This document shows positions 26,011 to 38,499 of a stretch of 64,000 bases of DNA, piece by piece. Below the pieces are notes generated by a model. That model saw nothing but the letters and a program-made list of their open reading frames with translations, did no database searches and had not been told where the DNA came from. The stretch comes from Lama glama. Lineage: Eukaryota. A program made the translations under genes and the position numbers. Numbering within the stretch: position 1 is the first letter of the stretch; each line of letters begins with the position of its first letter. The DNA is taken from assembly GCA_028534125.1 (NCBI GenBank), contig CM052818.1, positions 38,194,001 through 38,258,000 of the forward strand. The letters run 5' to 3'.

Positions 26011-27412
26011 CTACAATAGATCCAGAGTTTTAATGGGCCACATCAAATTAAGAGAAAGTAGGCATGGTGTGGAGAACCAGTATCTGGAAGGAGCTTGGAT
26101 TAGGGAGTCCCTAATAAATCTGAGACCACCAAGGAGCAATACCCTTGATAAGTGAAACGGAAACCATAAAACTCCTCCTGCAGAAAGCTTGCTTCACAGA
26201 ACTTGGTTGTGAATGTATAGAATAGAGAGAAAAAGAAAAAGTAATTCAGAGAATTCCTAAACCAGAGCCCTGGGTCACGTGGGTATGCGGCTGCAATTCA
26301 CACTATCTATGTGGATTGAAAAACCTTAAGCCAAATGGTCTTGACTTGACTGGGCTCTGAGTAATTAACAAAAACAAACACAGACTTCCTTTGTTAACTA
26401 TAACTTTTCAAGAAATGTGAGCCAACAATAAGAAATCATTAAATAAGTGTAATTCACATACAAATAAAGTCAGCAGAAAAAACGTAAACTATAAAATCAA
26501 CCCCAAATAGCTCCAGATGTTAGAAGTATCCAGTATTTTCCAGGTCACCTAAAGTGTATAATTGAAGGAATGATCTAAAAAGGAAGCAGAGAGAAATGAA
26601 GAAAGAAAAAGTATAAAATTGAGGTGAAGATAGAGAGGACACAGAATAATAAGGGTCAATATATCAAATGAGAAAACAAGGAAAGAATACCAAAAAAATG
26701 TGAGTAGCAATACTTAGAGATTTCGTAGTTAAGAATTTTCTGGAGTAGATTAAAGACAACGATCCTTAAATTCTAGACAATCAACAAATCCCAAACAGAA
26801 TAAAGAACAAGAGATCAATATCAAATTAAGCCAGCTGAAATGGAATTAATGAAGTTGTAGAACCTTTAAATAGATAAAGGATAAAAATGAAAAACATATT
26901 TGCTTTTAGAAAAATGACAAGTAGATTGACAGCCAACTTTTAAGCACCAAAAACTGGAAGCCAGAGTTGCTGTGAGAAAATAACCTTCAATATTAGACTT
27001 ATATAACAGAAATAATACCCCAAAACAAAAAGCAAAGTAGATACTTTCAAACAAATAAAAACTGACAGAGGTCACAGACAACAGACCTTTACTAACAGAA
27101 TAAGTAAAGGAGAAGACAAAGGGAGAAACAACGTGATTCCAGAAGAAAGATCTAAGATGCAAGAAAGAATTGTGAAGAATGAATGCCATGTATTATACAT
27201 ATATACAAATGATCATTTTCTTTATAAAATAATGACTTCTAAGTAATCAAAATAGAACTAATGTCTTGAACAATAATTGTATGTAAAAAGCACACAAATA
27301 AAAGTTTACAAATTGTAAGTGCTTTGTTTCATTTGGGAGAAAAAGTTTAACATTAAATTCGTGTAGTCAAATATGCATGCTTTGACTGGGACACTGCTGT
27401 ACACCAGAAATT

Positions 27413-27414
<2 letters not shown>

Positions 27415-27449
<35 letters not shown>
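27415..27449. repeat. (TA)n microsatellite
   Basis: Perfect AT dinucleotide run. Confidence 0.95.
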
Positions 27450-27452
<3 letters not shown>

Positions 27453-27473
27453 TGCTAAAATTTCTAGGGTGAC

Positions 27474-27965
27474 TGTGGTAGGCAGAATAATGGCCTTCCA
27501 AAGATGTCCGTATTTTAATACCAGGAACCTGTAAATGTGTTTCATATCAAAGGGGAATGATGCAGCATATGGAATTAAAGTTGTTAACTAGCTGATCTTG
27601 ATGCAGGAGATTATCCTGGATTATCCAGGTGGCACACTGTAATCACAAGCATCCTTCAAAGTGGAAGAGGTAGAAAGACTAGCTGGTGTTAGCACGATGC
27701 AAGGTAGGGAAGGCTACTAGACGTTTCTGTCTCTAGATTTAAGTGGCCCGTGAGCCAAGGAATGAAGGCTACCTCTAGAAGCCAGAAGAGGCAAGAAAAA
27801 AGATTATCTCCCTACAAAAGGGAACACAGGCCTGTGATGCTTGATTTTAGCCCGGTGAGACTTATTTCAGACTTGGGACCTCCAGAACTTTAAGATAATA
27901 AATTTGTATTGTTTTAAGCCACTGTTTGTGGTAATTGGTTATATCAGCAGTAGAGAACTAATACA
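27474..27965 (+). mobile_element. MaLR solo LTR (MLT1D-like)
   Basis: TG...CA termini: 'tgtggtaggcagaataatggcc' to 'gaactaataca'; internal 'ggagattatcctggattatccaggtgg' and 'cctccagaact...aataaatttgtattgttttaagccac'. Confidence 0.92.
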
Positions 27966-30900
27966 GAGAACATTTGAAAAATGTAAAGAGTGTATTTATC
28001 TCAAACTTGTAAAATTTACAAAAAATATATAATACAATACAAAATATACAGGGAAAATAATACAATGCAGTTTTCTATGACATATACTATAAAATAGACA
28101 CAGAAAAAAAGAATAAAATCAGAAGGAAAATAAATTAATCTTTAAAAAGTTATGAAATGAGAGACAGAGAAGAGAAGAGAAATAGCAAAAGCAAGACAAA
28201 GTGAGACCCCAAAATAACATGGCAGATATAAATCCACATACACGAAACCTATACTCAGTGTTTATGTAAGAGACAAATTTCATCAAACTGGACTTGAAAA
28301 AATCCATATATATATGTTGTTTTCAGGAGACACACTGAAAATTAAAGTGCTTTGGATAAACTAAATTGATGAACCTCTGGCAAAACTGATCGTGAAACAA
28401 AAGGAAAGCAGACACACAAATAACTAATATCAGGATTGAAATGACAGATGTAACAAGAGAGATTTTAAAAGCTAAGAGCCTGTTATGAAATCTGTGTGCC
28501 AAAGAAATTGGAAATTTAGGTTCAGTGGAGGCATTCTAAAGAAAATACAAATTACAAAAATTTCCTAAGAGGAAATTTAAATCTGAATGGTTCCTTAAAC
28601 ATTAACAAAATTCAATCAAGTAAATAAAAATTTCCCGTTTTGTGGGGAAACCATTAGGCTTCCATGGTCTTAGAGAAAAGTTCTAATAAAATTTCAAAAA
28701 AGCTGATAAGAATAAGAAAGATACTCTTGTGCTTTTACACATTTTTAAAGAACACAAAAAGACTGCTACCCAGCTTTTTTATGAGGGTAGTAAAATTTTG
28801 ACATCAAAACCAGAAAAGGACAACGCAAGAAAGAAAATCCCAAGTTGATCTCATTTATGTAATAGATGCAAATTTCTAACTATCTACCAAATTCAGTAAT
28901 GGATTTAAAAATGTAACACATCATTATTGAATTGGGAGTATGCAGGAATATAATTTTTTTAAACAAATGCAATTACCACATAGTCACATTAAAGAAAAAA
29001 CCCATATATGATTATCTCAATTGCAGAAAATATATTCAAAAAATTCAACACCCAGTATTTATTTAAAAAAACCAAACTGTTAGCAAATGATAAATAAAAG
29101 AAAACTTTCATATCCTGATTATCTTAAAACCTTTGAATAGACATAATTTTTAACAGTGAAATATTGAAGCATTCCTTTTTTTAAAAAATGGGAGAAAAAC
29201 AAGGAGAAAATACCCACTACTGCCTTTTCTTTTCAACAGACAACTTTTTCAACTTTGTAGTAAGACAATAAGAAACTAGAAGTATAAGGATTGGAGAAGA
29301 GAAAAAAATATATCATCATTGCTGATCATACAGCTGCTTATATAGAAACCCGAAAGTATCTATCGATAAACTATCAGCATTAATGAAAGAAAGCATTCAT
29401 TAATTATGTTTCTGGACACAAGATAAATATGTAAAAATCAATGCACCAGCAATACACACCAACAATAAACAAAAATGTACATTTTAAAACGATCCCCTTT
29501 TAAAATTGCAACAATAAATATGAAGTACATAGGAATAAATCCAACAAAAGATTATGAATTATTTATGTACAAATTTATAAAAGTTAACTTAAAAATTATA
29601 AAAATTTATGTAAATAAGGAAAAATGACATATTCATGAATAGAAGGAATTAAATAGTGCAAAGATTCTGTCCAAACTGATCTATAGCATCATTGAAATTC
29701 TAATCAAATGCTCAACAGAGACCCAGAAACAAAATAGATGCACATATGAAAAGAGGATATATGAAGGAGCTGGCATTGCCATTCAATTGGGACAGAATGG
29801 ATTTTTCAGTTAATGTCATTGGGAAAATTGTATTTCCACATTTAAAAAAGTGAATCCCTACTTTTAAGCATATCCTGATAAATTAGAAACTTAAATGTAA
29901 ATTCTAAAATCTTGAACTATTTAGCAGAAAATCACTGAAAATATCTTTACAACTTTAGAATGGTGAGAATCCATCAAATAATACATAAAAATATTAGGCC
30001 TAAAGCAAAAGATAAATAAAAAAATAGATTTGACTACATTAAAGTTAGTAACCTGGTGAATGTGAATTAAATCCACACAAGATGCCATTTCACATCTTTC
30101 TCAACATCTTCATATTCAACCTGGTCCACTTGTTCCCTCTTATCACTTATTACTGCAGGAGAAGAGTTCCTGGGTCACAGGATATGCACACACTGGCACC
30201 TTCTAGCTACACCTGGCCTCAAGAGTGGAGGGTAGAGCAAGAAGGAAGTTGCTCAGTGTTACGGAGAAATGCCATACTGTTTGTAGAGCAGTTTCATTCA
30301 CATTGCATTCACATTGGCTTACATGCATGAGTATTTGCTTTGCTCAGATCCTCACTAAGGCTGGGTATTTTCTAACTATTAAACACCTGGAAGGTGAGGC
30401 ATCACCAGTTATCAGTCCTTAAAAGAAGGGAGTCAAATCTGCCTCCCATCACCACTTTCCCCTACATGTCATCCTCACACTCCTCTCAGCCCAATCCATC
30501 TCTTTTAGCTAATCAGTGCATGTTTACCCTCTTCTCTTGCCTTGAAAAATTTACTGTCAGGAATGAGTATGTTTTCAGACCTCTGTGCCACTGGGATTTG
30601 TGAGTCTCAATGATGTTGAGACCTTCTTCAAAAAAGCAACTTGCCCATAGCAGAGGGAAAGGTAGCCAGTTCTCTGCTTGAGGCACAACTCGCTATTCTG
30701 AACCCAGGTACAAAGAGTAGGAGAGCTTAAAGAGGCTTTGTCTCCATTACTTTAAGCAATCACCGTTTAGTTGAATCAGAGTTGCCATCGTACAGTTTAG
30801 TTTCATACAACACAGAGAGAGAAAATTCTCCTAGATTCCAGCAACAGGTCAACTGTCAGTCTGGGTTCTTGGTGTTTCCAAGAGTAATTTATCTTTGCTG

Positions 30901-31199
30901 GCATCTGCCTAGGGATTTCAGTGTAAAATCAAGAGAGGCAGAGTGAGTGTTACCGGGAGCTACAGCCATAGTCTGCATACTCACTCTTGAAAGCAAACTG
31001 TCAAGTCACAGAGATGGCTCCTGGGCCATACAGATTTATTCTAGTCCTAAAACCCATTTTGAGGAAGAGCAGAGCCTCAGGGCCACCTGCCAGCCTCCTC
31101 CTTTCTTATTACTCTTGCCAACCACATGACATTAGTTACGTGGCCTTGTCACAAGGCCACAGACGCCCCTGATTCTCTTGGTCTTCACACTCTAAAGAA

Positions 31200-31520
31200 C
31201 TTTAAATGTTTGGCAGACATTGATAAACAGAGCACCCTGCTCTGTTTTCTTCATCAGATGAATACTAAAACCCTTGTCAAGGTGACAGAGCTATTAAGTG
31301 TCTATTCACACAGCAATCAGAAATTGGAGCATCAATCAGTAATCATAAAGTCAGGGGCATTTTCTCACAAAGTCAGGGATTCGGAGGGCTTTCATAAGCT
31401 AATCAGCAGGCATCAAATAGACAATCAATCTAATTAGCTGTTCACATTCGGATGGCAATCAAAGCAACACAGTGTGCTTCATTAGTAATGATATTGAGAA
31501 CTGTGATCTGTGCAGTATTC
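31200..31520. promoter_or_regulatory. candidate developmental enhancer (PBX/homeodomain/TCF motif cluster)
   Basis: Non-repetitive; ATCAATCA 31331-31338, TAATCATAAA, ACAATCAATC, palindrome CTAATTAG 31430-31437, ATCAAAG 31458-31464, TGACAG. Confidence 0.4.
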
Positions 31521-32150
31521 AGCTAGGAAACGAATATCCCTTTTTTGTAAATAGGTAAGGAGGATGCAGCTATACTATGTGCATCATGTGCCAATTCAAA
31601 GATGCAGGCACCGGATACCCAACCGATGCCTACTGTTCCTCTTCTGCTGGCCTAAAAGTAAAGGAGGGGGGAGAGTATTTATCTGGAAGTCTGACAACAG
31701 TGCATCAGTAAATGGAGTGACATGACCCACCTTAGAGGAAAAATGAGGTGGAGGGAGGTGAAGGGGATGTCACTAATTATCAAAATTTACTGTTTTTTCA
31801 TGACAATGTCATTGTTTACCTCTAAGTTCAATCCCTCTTACTTTGAGATCCCACGACTGTTCTACTATGTACACCTTCTTAGGATAAAGCGAGCGCTAAA
31901 GCACTCCACGGTAGGCATCTTGAGAATCATCTTTCCTGAGCACTCCGCCCCTTCCACAGTAAGCAAAGCCAGAGAGCTGCTGGCCATGTTGGTGGCAAAG
32001 GCCTTCTGAGACAGAGGCTGAGTCCTTCCTCCTAACTCTGAATGAAAACTGTGTATCACATATTTTGCCAGAAGATCTGAAGGTTATTAAAGGGATAGAC
32101 ACAGTCTCTGTTCTCCAGGGGCTCATCTTACCTTTGGGCAACACTAACCA

Positions 32151-32197
32151 AAAAAAAAAAAAAAAAAAAAAAAAAACCCCACAAATTAAAAAAAAAC
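32151..32197. repeat. poly(A) tracts
   Basis: A-run of about 25 nt and a second shorter run. Confidence 0.85.
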
Positions 32198-32759
32198 AGT
32201 ATGTTGTTAATGTCTAACTGCCGTGTTACAAACCTGCGTATTTTAGAATCTGAGAATTGAACAGAAGGAAGAACACTGATATATCGAATATCAGAAGAGC
32301 CTTCTGGAAAGAGCTAGAGGCCAGAAGCTGGTTGCTTTCAAACTGGCGTATATGTAAACTGCTAGTGTTTCAAGAGAATTGATAGTCGTTTTTGGTGAAG
32401 GTTAGAATATGTTTCAGAAATCTGGCACAAAATGGTCACATAATGGAACTTAAAACACACACACACAGACTCCTACACATTTTGCTCAGTTTAGCACACC
32501 ATCACTCTCCATAAATCTCCATGGTCAATACATGTTTATGAGTGAGCAATGTTAACAATATTCAGACACCAGGTCATAACATGCACCCAGCTGGACTGTA
32601 AGTAAATTTCATAAAGGGAAAGTTGCCTGCCCACACGTCTTGACGCATCTACATCAGAGTTGGCGGTGGAGGAGGGTCTGCAGTTAAACACCCCTGTACT
32701 TCCTGGCTCCACAGTCACTTGTCTATAAAGCCCCTGTCCCTGTTCCAGCTCTCCTGGAG

Positions 32760-32960
32760 GCCTCTCCACTTCTAACCTCATTCACACGTCCAGTTTCTAC
32801 TTTCTAACCTCTACCTTCTAACCCAGACCTACAATGCTTTCTTACACATATTCATTTACATTTTTGAATCCCTCTATTAGACTAAAAACACTTTTAGAGC
32901 AAACAGTGTATCTGATTCAACTTTGTGTCCACTAACATGTCTGATGAATAAATTAACAAT
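32760..32960 (+). mobile_element. L2 3' fragment
   Basis: 'ctattagactaaaaacacttttagagcaaacagtgtatctgattcaactttgtgtcc...tgatgaataaattaa'. Confidence 0.6.
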
Positions 32961-33504
32961 TTTTTTCCAGTTAGTTTTGGTTTATGTGAAAACTTGTGTT
33001 CTCTGGAAGGAAAGTCATTAAAGGGATTTATCAAGAACACCTAGCGCCCAGAAGGCTGTGTGAGATATAAAACCTCACGTCTCTTGTCTCCAAGGAATTT
33101 CTGTGCCTATGTGTGACAGATCACTCATGGAGTCACACCGCAGGGTGTTTAATATGAGGGTTTGAGAGAACAAGCATTCAAAGAACGAAAAATCTGGTTT
33201 ATGATAAAAAAAAAATCCTAAGAGGTATTCAAGGAGCTTGTTATGTTGAAAGAAAAATTTAAAAGGCAGGGAAATAAATGAGGACATGGTATCTTAAGGG
33301 AGAGAGCAGGAACAGGTCTTCCTTTATACAAAGAAGAACACCAGAGTCAGAAAATGCATAGTAATTCCATTGAAGATATTCAAGCTCCTACACTCCAAGA
33401 TAAAATTTTTCAGATAAAAAGTGCCACAAACGAACCAGGAAGCAAAATCCCAGAGAGTAAAGTAATCTGTGAGTTTCATTTGTTTTCTTCCTTTTTGATG
33501 TCTT

Positions 33505-33850
33505 CTGCACCGAGCACTTGATCGTACAAAGCCTGGGCCGCGCTGCCCCTGACGGCGGCGCTGAGCAGCAGGAAGCAGCCCGAGCCCGGAGCCCGCGGGC
33601 GCCCCCAGCGGCAGGCGCTGGAGGAGGTGCTGCAGGCTCTGCGTCTGGTTTGGCTTTGCCCTTGCAACACGCCCTGAGACGAGGCACAGTTCACTGCTGC
33701 GCGGTGCGGGAAACCTGGATGCTCCGCGGAGAGAGGTCTGTTGGGGCGTAGTTGCCCCGGCAGACACGGAAGTGCTGTGGCGAGGGCCGTTCTGTCTGGT
33801 GCGCACTAGTTTGCTAGGGCTGCCGTGACAAAGTATCGCAGACTGGGGGG
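33505..33850. other. small CpG/GC-rich island
   Basis: Abrupt CpG-dense segment of about 350 bp in AT-rich flanks; contains ETS-like CGGAAGTG near 33767. Confidence 0.8.
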
Positions 33851-34428
33851 CTTAAACAACAGAAAGGTGCTTTTTCACAGTTCTGGAAGCTAGAAATCCA
33901 AGATCAAGGTTTTGGAAGTGCTGGTTTCTTCCCAGGCCTCTCTTCTTGGCTTGCAGATGGCCAGATTCTGTGTCCTCACGTGGCCTTTCCTCTCTGCCTG
34001 GACACTCCTGGTGTCTCTGTCTGAATCTCCTCTTCTTAGAAGGACATCAGTCATATTAGACTAAGGCCCACCCTAACAACCCCATTTTAACGTAATTACC
34101 TCTTTAAAGGTAATTAAACTTCAAATACAGTCGCATTCTGAGGCACTAGAGGTTAAGAATTCAACATTTGAGGTGAGGTAGGGCTAAATCAGGAGTTTGA
34201 GATTGACAGATACACACTAATATATATAAAATAGGTAAACAACAAGGACCTACTGTATCCAGTACGTTGTAATAACCTGCAATGGAGAAGAAAAACCCAT
34301 ACACACCTTGCTGTACACCCGAAACTAACACAACATTGTAAGTCAACTATACTTCAATTTAAAAAAAGGGAAAAGTTTAAAAAAATTTCGACATTTTAAT
34401 TTGGGGATACAAAATTCAGTCTGTAACA
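33802..34428 (-). mobile_element. MaLR solo LTR (MLT1A/B-like), split by an L1 fragment
   Basis: 'ctagtttgctagggctgccgtgacaaag...ggcttaaacaacagaaa...ttctggaagctagaaatccaagatcaagg...aaatacagtcgcattctgagg', resuming after the insert with 'ttggggatacaaaattcagtctgtaaca'. Confidence 0.9.
34170..34381 (+). mobile_element. 5'-truncated lineage-specific L1 3' end (Cetartiodactyla type)
   Basis: 'ggagtttgagattgacagatacacactaatatatataaaataggtaaacaacaaggacctactgtat...gctgtacacccgaaactaacacaacattgtaagtcaactatacttcaatt' plus A-rich tail; degenerate 15-bp target-site duplication. Confidence 0.9.
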
Positions 34429-34529
34429 GGGAGGAGTACCTGCCGCTCAGTCTCCACCTGCAAAACTTGTATATAAAGTACCCACCCTATTCTTCTCAGA
34501 GATACATTATTTCATTGATCCAATAATAA

Positions 34530-34660
34530 GAAAAAAATTGCAAATATTTTAAGAGGGCTTACTATTGCCAGGGATAATTCTAAGCACCCTATATGGGTTA
34601 CTTACTTCATAATTACAACAATTTTTTGAAGGGGGTATGGTTATTGGTCTCATTTTATTT
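34530..34660 (-). mobile_element. MIR SINE
   Basis: 'gggcttactattgccagggataattctaagcac...tattggtctcatttta'. Confidence 0.65.
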
Positions 34661-34694
34661 GGGTATTCCAAAGTAGTTTTTTTTAATGTTGCCT

Positions 34695-35060
34695 ACTTTT
34701 TAAAACAGTTTTTTGAGGTATAATTGATATAAAATAAACCATCCAAAGTTAGAGTGTATAATTTTGTAAGTTTTGAAGTATGTTCTCACTTGTGAATTCA
34801 TCATGCAGTGAAACGTTTCTTCCTGCCCCTTGGTAACCCTTTCCTCCTGCCCCTTCCCACAGTCCACCCACCTCATCTCCAGGCAACCATGGCTCACTTT
34901 CTGTCACTATAGAGTTGCTTGCATTTCATAGCATTTTATATGGATGAAATTTACGGTATCTATTCTTTTCTAACTTCTCTCCCTCAACATCATTACTTTT
35001 AGAGTCATCCATATTGTCAGGTGTATTAATAGTTTATTCCTTTTATTACTGAGTCATTAC
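34695..35060 (-). mobile_element. old L1 3' end
   Basis: 'ttttgaggtataattgatataaaataaacc...ccaggcaaccatggctcactttctgtcactatag...gcattttatatggatgaaat'. Confidence 0.85.
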
Positions 35061-36379
35061 AACCAGTACCACCATCTTCCCACCAGAACGTAACAGACTG
35101 ACAATGCTCTCATCTTGGTTTTGAGAAACCATCCTTTATCTTGTTTGAAAACCCTTCTATGTTATCTTCATGTTTTACCTCATTGTCCCTTAGAAATTCC
35201 AAAGAGTTATTCCTTTTCCCAATAATAACACCACAAATCAAAAACTGTTAGATCCACTCCTACCAGTAAATGTAGTAACCAGGAATCAAGAGAGCTTACA
35301 ATATTACTAGGGGAAAAGCGTGTTTTCAGTTTTCAAATACCATGTATGAGCTGTGGAGCTAAAGGACTTGGTGTAAGCTTTTTATATCTACACATTCTTA
35401 TTAATGACATAAAATCCTCTTCCTCTTCCCCAACTCTGTTTAAAATCACTGTACTTTCTCTTTCTGTCTGTAGTGTAATTTAACCTCCTACTTGAATACA
35501 GAACATAATTCAATTGAGAGGTGTGTTTATACCACACGAAACACAATAAAGCATGATGAAGTATTTCTTAAATCGTTTGCAAATGAATGGCTGCAATAGT
35601 CCCAGGGTGCTCTCTGCTCTCCAGCAAACTAAAAGCAACTGTGGCTATTTATTAATATAGGGATCCCAAATGCCTTTTTGAGACATTTAAAAGCTGGATG
35701 ATATGAGCACGACCTAATGGAAAATTCACACAGAGAGATATTGCATGGAAGATGTGACCTGAGACTGGGTCAGAATTTTTGGTGGAGAATAACAGAGGCA
35801 AATGTCATGATAACAGCCAGATAAAGTGAGAAGAAATGACCCAGGACCCTCAGAGAGGGCCAATGTCATGGCCAAAATTTAGAGCCAAGAATAATACCCA
35901 GGTCTCCTGACTCCAAAGTCTACGCTGCACGGAGGGTGGGACCAAGAGAGAAATCAACGAAACCGAGCATCTGCTCTCTGGGCTCGGCTGCAATTAGGAG
36001 GCAACCAGGGCTCGGTCTTTTGTTATACGGAACTATCGTTCTGCCACAGTAACTCTCTTAGTACTTCAAGTATTACATTATATTTTCCCCTTAGTTGCTA
36101 TTTTCATTTTTAATCAAAATACTTTTTTTCAATTATTTCATTTTTTAATGCAAAGTTATTCATATTTCTGATAATGGTAAATTATTGTTTCAAGACTTCC
36201 AGGTAAGTAATTCTTTAAACATCATCTTAAATGCAGGAAAGGGCCGAAAAGAGAATAAGAAACTATCAGGCCTAAGTGTAGCGGAAACAGCAACCCTGGG
36301 TGGCAATCATGAGTCACAGCTCTGGGCTCCATCCACCAGCTCCGTGAACACCCTTTCCACCTCCTTAGCAAATTAAGGG

Positions 36380-38450
36380 TAAAGATAATTTTAAAGTCTC
36401 ATATGGCACAGGAGAAAGTATTTGACAAAATTCAGTACCCATTCATAATAAAAATAAAGTCTCTTAGCAAGCCAGGTAAAGAAGGGAACTTGTAAATCTA
36501 TTAAAAATAATGTCTATACACAAAAATTGCAGCAAGATCAGAAACAAAACAGGGACTTACTGTCTCCCATCTTCTACTCCATATAGTAATAGAGATTCTG
36601 ACCAAGAAGTCAAGAAAACAAGAAACAGAAATGTCATCCAGAAGGAAAGGAAAGGAGGGAACAAGTCCATTATGATTCACAGATGATTTGATTTTATTAA
36701 AATTCCTAAGTGCGTTTAGCAAGATTTCTATATATGAAGTCAATACACAAAAATCATTTTCCTCCAATAAATGAACAGTAATTAAAAGTAATCAGAATAT
36801 TATATATAATATTACTCAAAGTATAAAATAGCAAATAATAATGATATGACCAATGTGCAGGATTTCTACAAATCAAATGAAACTTTACTGGCATGCATTA
36901 ATAAGAGCTAAATAGGGAAGATACATGTTGACAGGCTGGGAGATTCCATAATTAAGGCTGTCAGTTCTTTCCAAATAAATCTACAGATTCAACGTACTGC
37001 CATTTAAAATCCAAGAAATTTGTCCAAGTTCATAACTTGACAAGTCAGTTGTACAACTTCTACGGAAATGCAAAGACATAGCCAAGATTCACTTAAAGAA
37101 GAACAAAGAGGGAAGGTCTGCTTTCCAGATGTCATATTGTATTATAAAACTCTGATAATGAGAAAAGGCAAATTGACAAATGGTAAAGAATAGAGAGCCT
37201 AGAAAGAGACCTATCTGTGTGCGAACACTTGATTTATACAGGGCCAAACTGCTGAGCTGTAGGGCAGGCACAGATTTTCGACAAATGTTTCTGGGGTAAC
37301 TGAATAATCCATAAGGAAAATAAAATAAAATTAGAACCTGCTTTATACCATGTAAAAGATACGAACTTCAGGTAGATTATAAACCTAAATAAATGTGAAA
37401 GGAAAAACAATAAGACTTCTTGAAGCCAGCAGAAAAGAATATCTTTATAAATTTGGATATAAATTGATTTCCTAAATAAAACAAGAATGTGGTAACTATA
37501 AATAACGATGTATACCAATATGCCAAAGGTAAAATAATCTATTCTTTAAAAGATACCATAAAAAAGAGAAAACAAACCAGATACTATACTTGTCACACAT
37601 TTCAACAAAAGACTGTTATTCAAAATACATAAAGATTTCCTACAAAGACAAGACAGACAGGCAAGGGTGCTGAGAAGACACTTCATTAGAGAGGAAAGCT
37701 AAGTGGCCAATAAACACAGGACATCGTGTTCAACCTCATTAACCATCAAAGAAATGCAACTTAAAGCTAAAATGTGGCACCACTTTATATGCAGTAGATC
37801 AGCTAAACTGTGAACTGCTGATAATGCCAAGTGTTGGTGGTGACAGGAGCGAATGGAACTCATACACAGCTGATGGGGACGTCAATGGTTTCAATCAATT
37901 TGACAAACTGATGGTATCTCTACGGCTAAGCCTGTGTATCCCCTGTGATCCTGTAATTCTATTCCTAAGTATATAACGAACAAAGTTAAGTATATATGTT
38001 CACAAAAAAAAACACGGAACAATTTTATAGCAGCATTATTTGCCAGAGCCAAAAACCAGAACACATAGAAAATGTACTGTTTTCATTAAAAGAGCACCAA
38101 ACAGCAATGAAAATGAAAGAGCCATAGCTACACAGAATCAGCATGTATAAATCTCATAATCATAACGTTAAATGGAGGAATAAAGACAGAAAATGATATG
38201 CACAGTACAGTTGCATTTATCTAAAACTCAAAAACAGACTATACTGTTCAGTGACGTAGGCGTCTATAGTAAAGAAAAGGTCATTCTTACCCTAAATGAG
38301 GGGGAGGAGGGAATACTGACTGTGAAGGGGCATGAGGGCTTCAGGGGAGATGACATTGCTCTTTTTCTTCACTGACATAGTATTTATGAGAGAGTATACT
38401 CTATGATGTGTTTGTATGATACTAAACGTTTTTCTAAACTTTTAAAAGTC
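36380..38450 (+). mobile_element. ancient L1 ORF2 3' half and 3' UTR
   Basis: 'gtatttgacaaaattcagtacccattcataataaaa', 'tgattcacagatgatttgatt' (degenerate FADD motif), 'ggaactcatacacagctgatgggga' and 3' UTR-like end. Confidence 0.85.
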
Positions 38451-38499
38451 CTCTTTAATCCCCATCAACAACTACTTTTGACACTTTATATATTGAATT

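Larger units (their letters stand above)
26040..30060 (+). mobile_element. ancient L1 (L1ME-like) with internal deletions, interrupted by an MLT1 LTR
   Basis: 5' region 'aattcacactatctatgtggattgaaaaaccttaagcc', ORF1-like 26600-27190, ORF2-like 28200-30050 ('aaattcaacacccag', 'gatttgactacattaaagtt'). Confidence 0.8.

Noticed and set aside
32971..33468. Plus-strand segment bounded by ttttttccag and gtgagt ending in MHSNSIEDIQAPTLQDKIFQIKSATNEPGSKIPESKVI
   Set aside because: Five stops in the best frame, no recognisable homology and no partner plus-strand exons found
33324..33806. Overlapping ORFs up to 160 aa in the GC-rich patch
   Set aside because: Open frames on both strands are explained by GC richness; low-complexity peptides with no recognisable family
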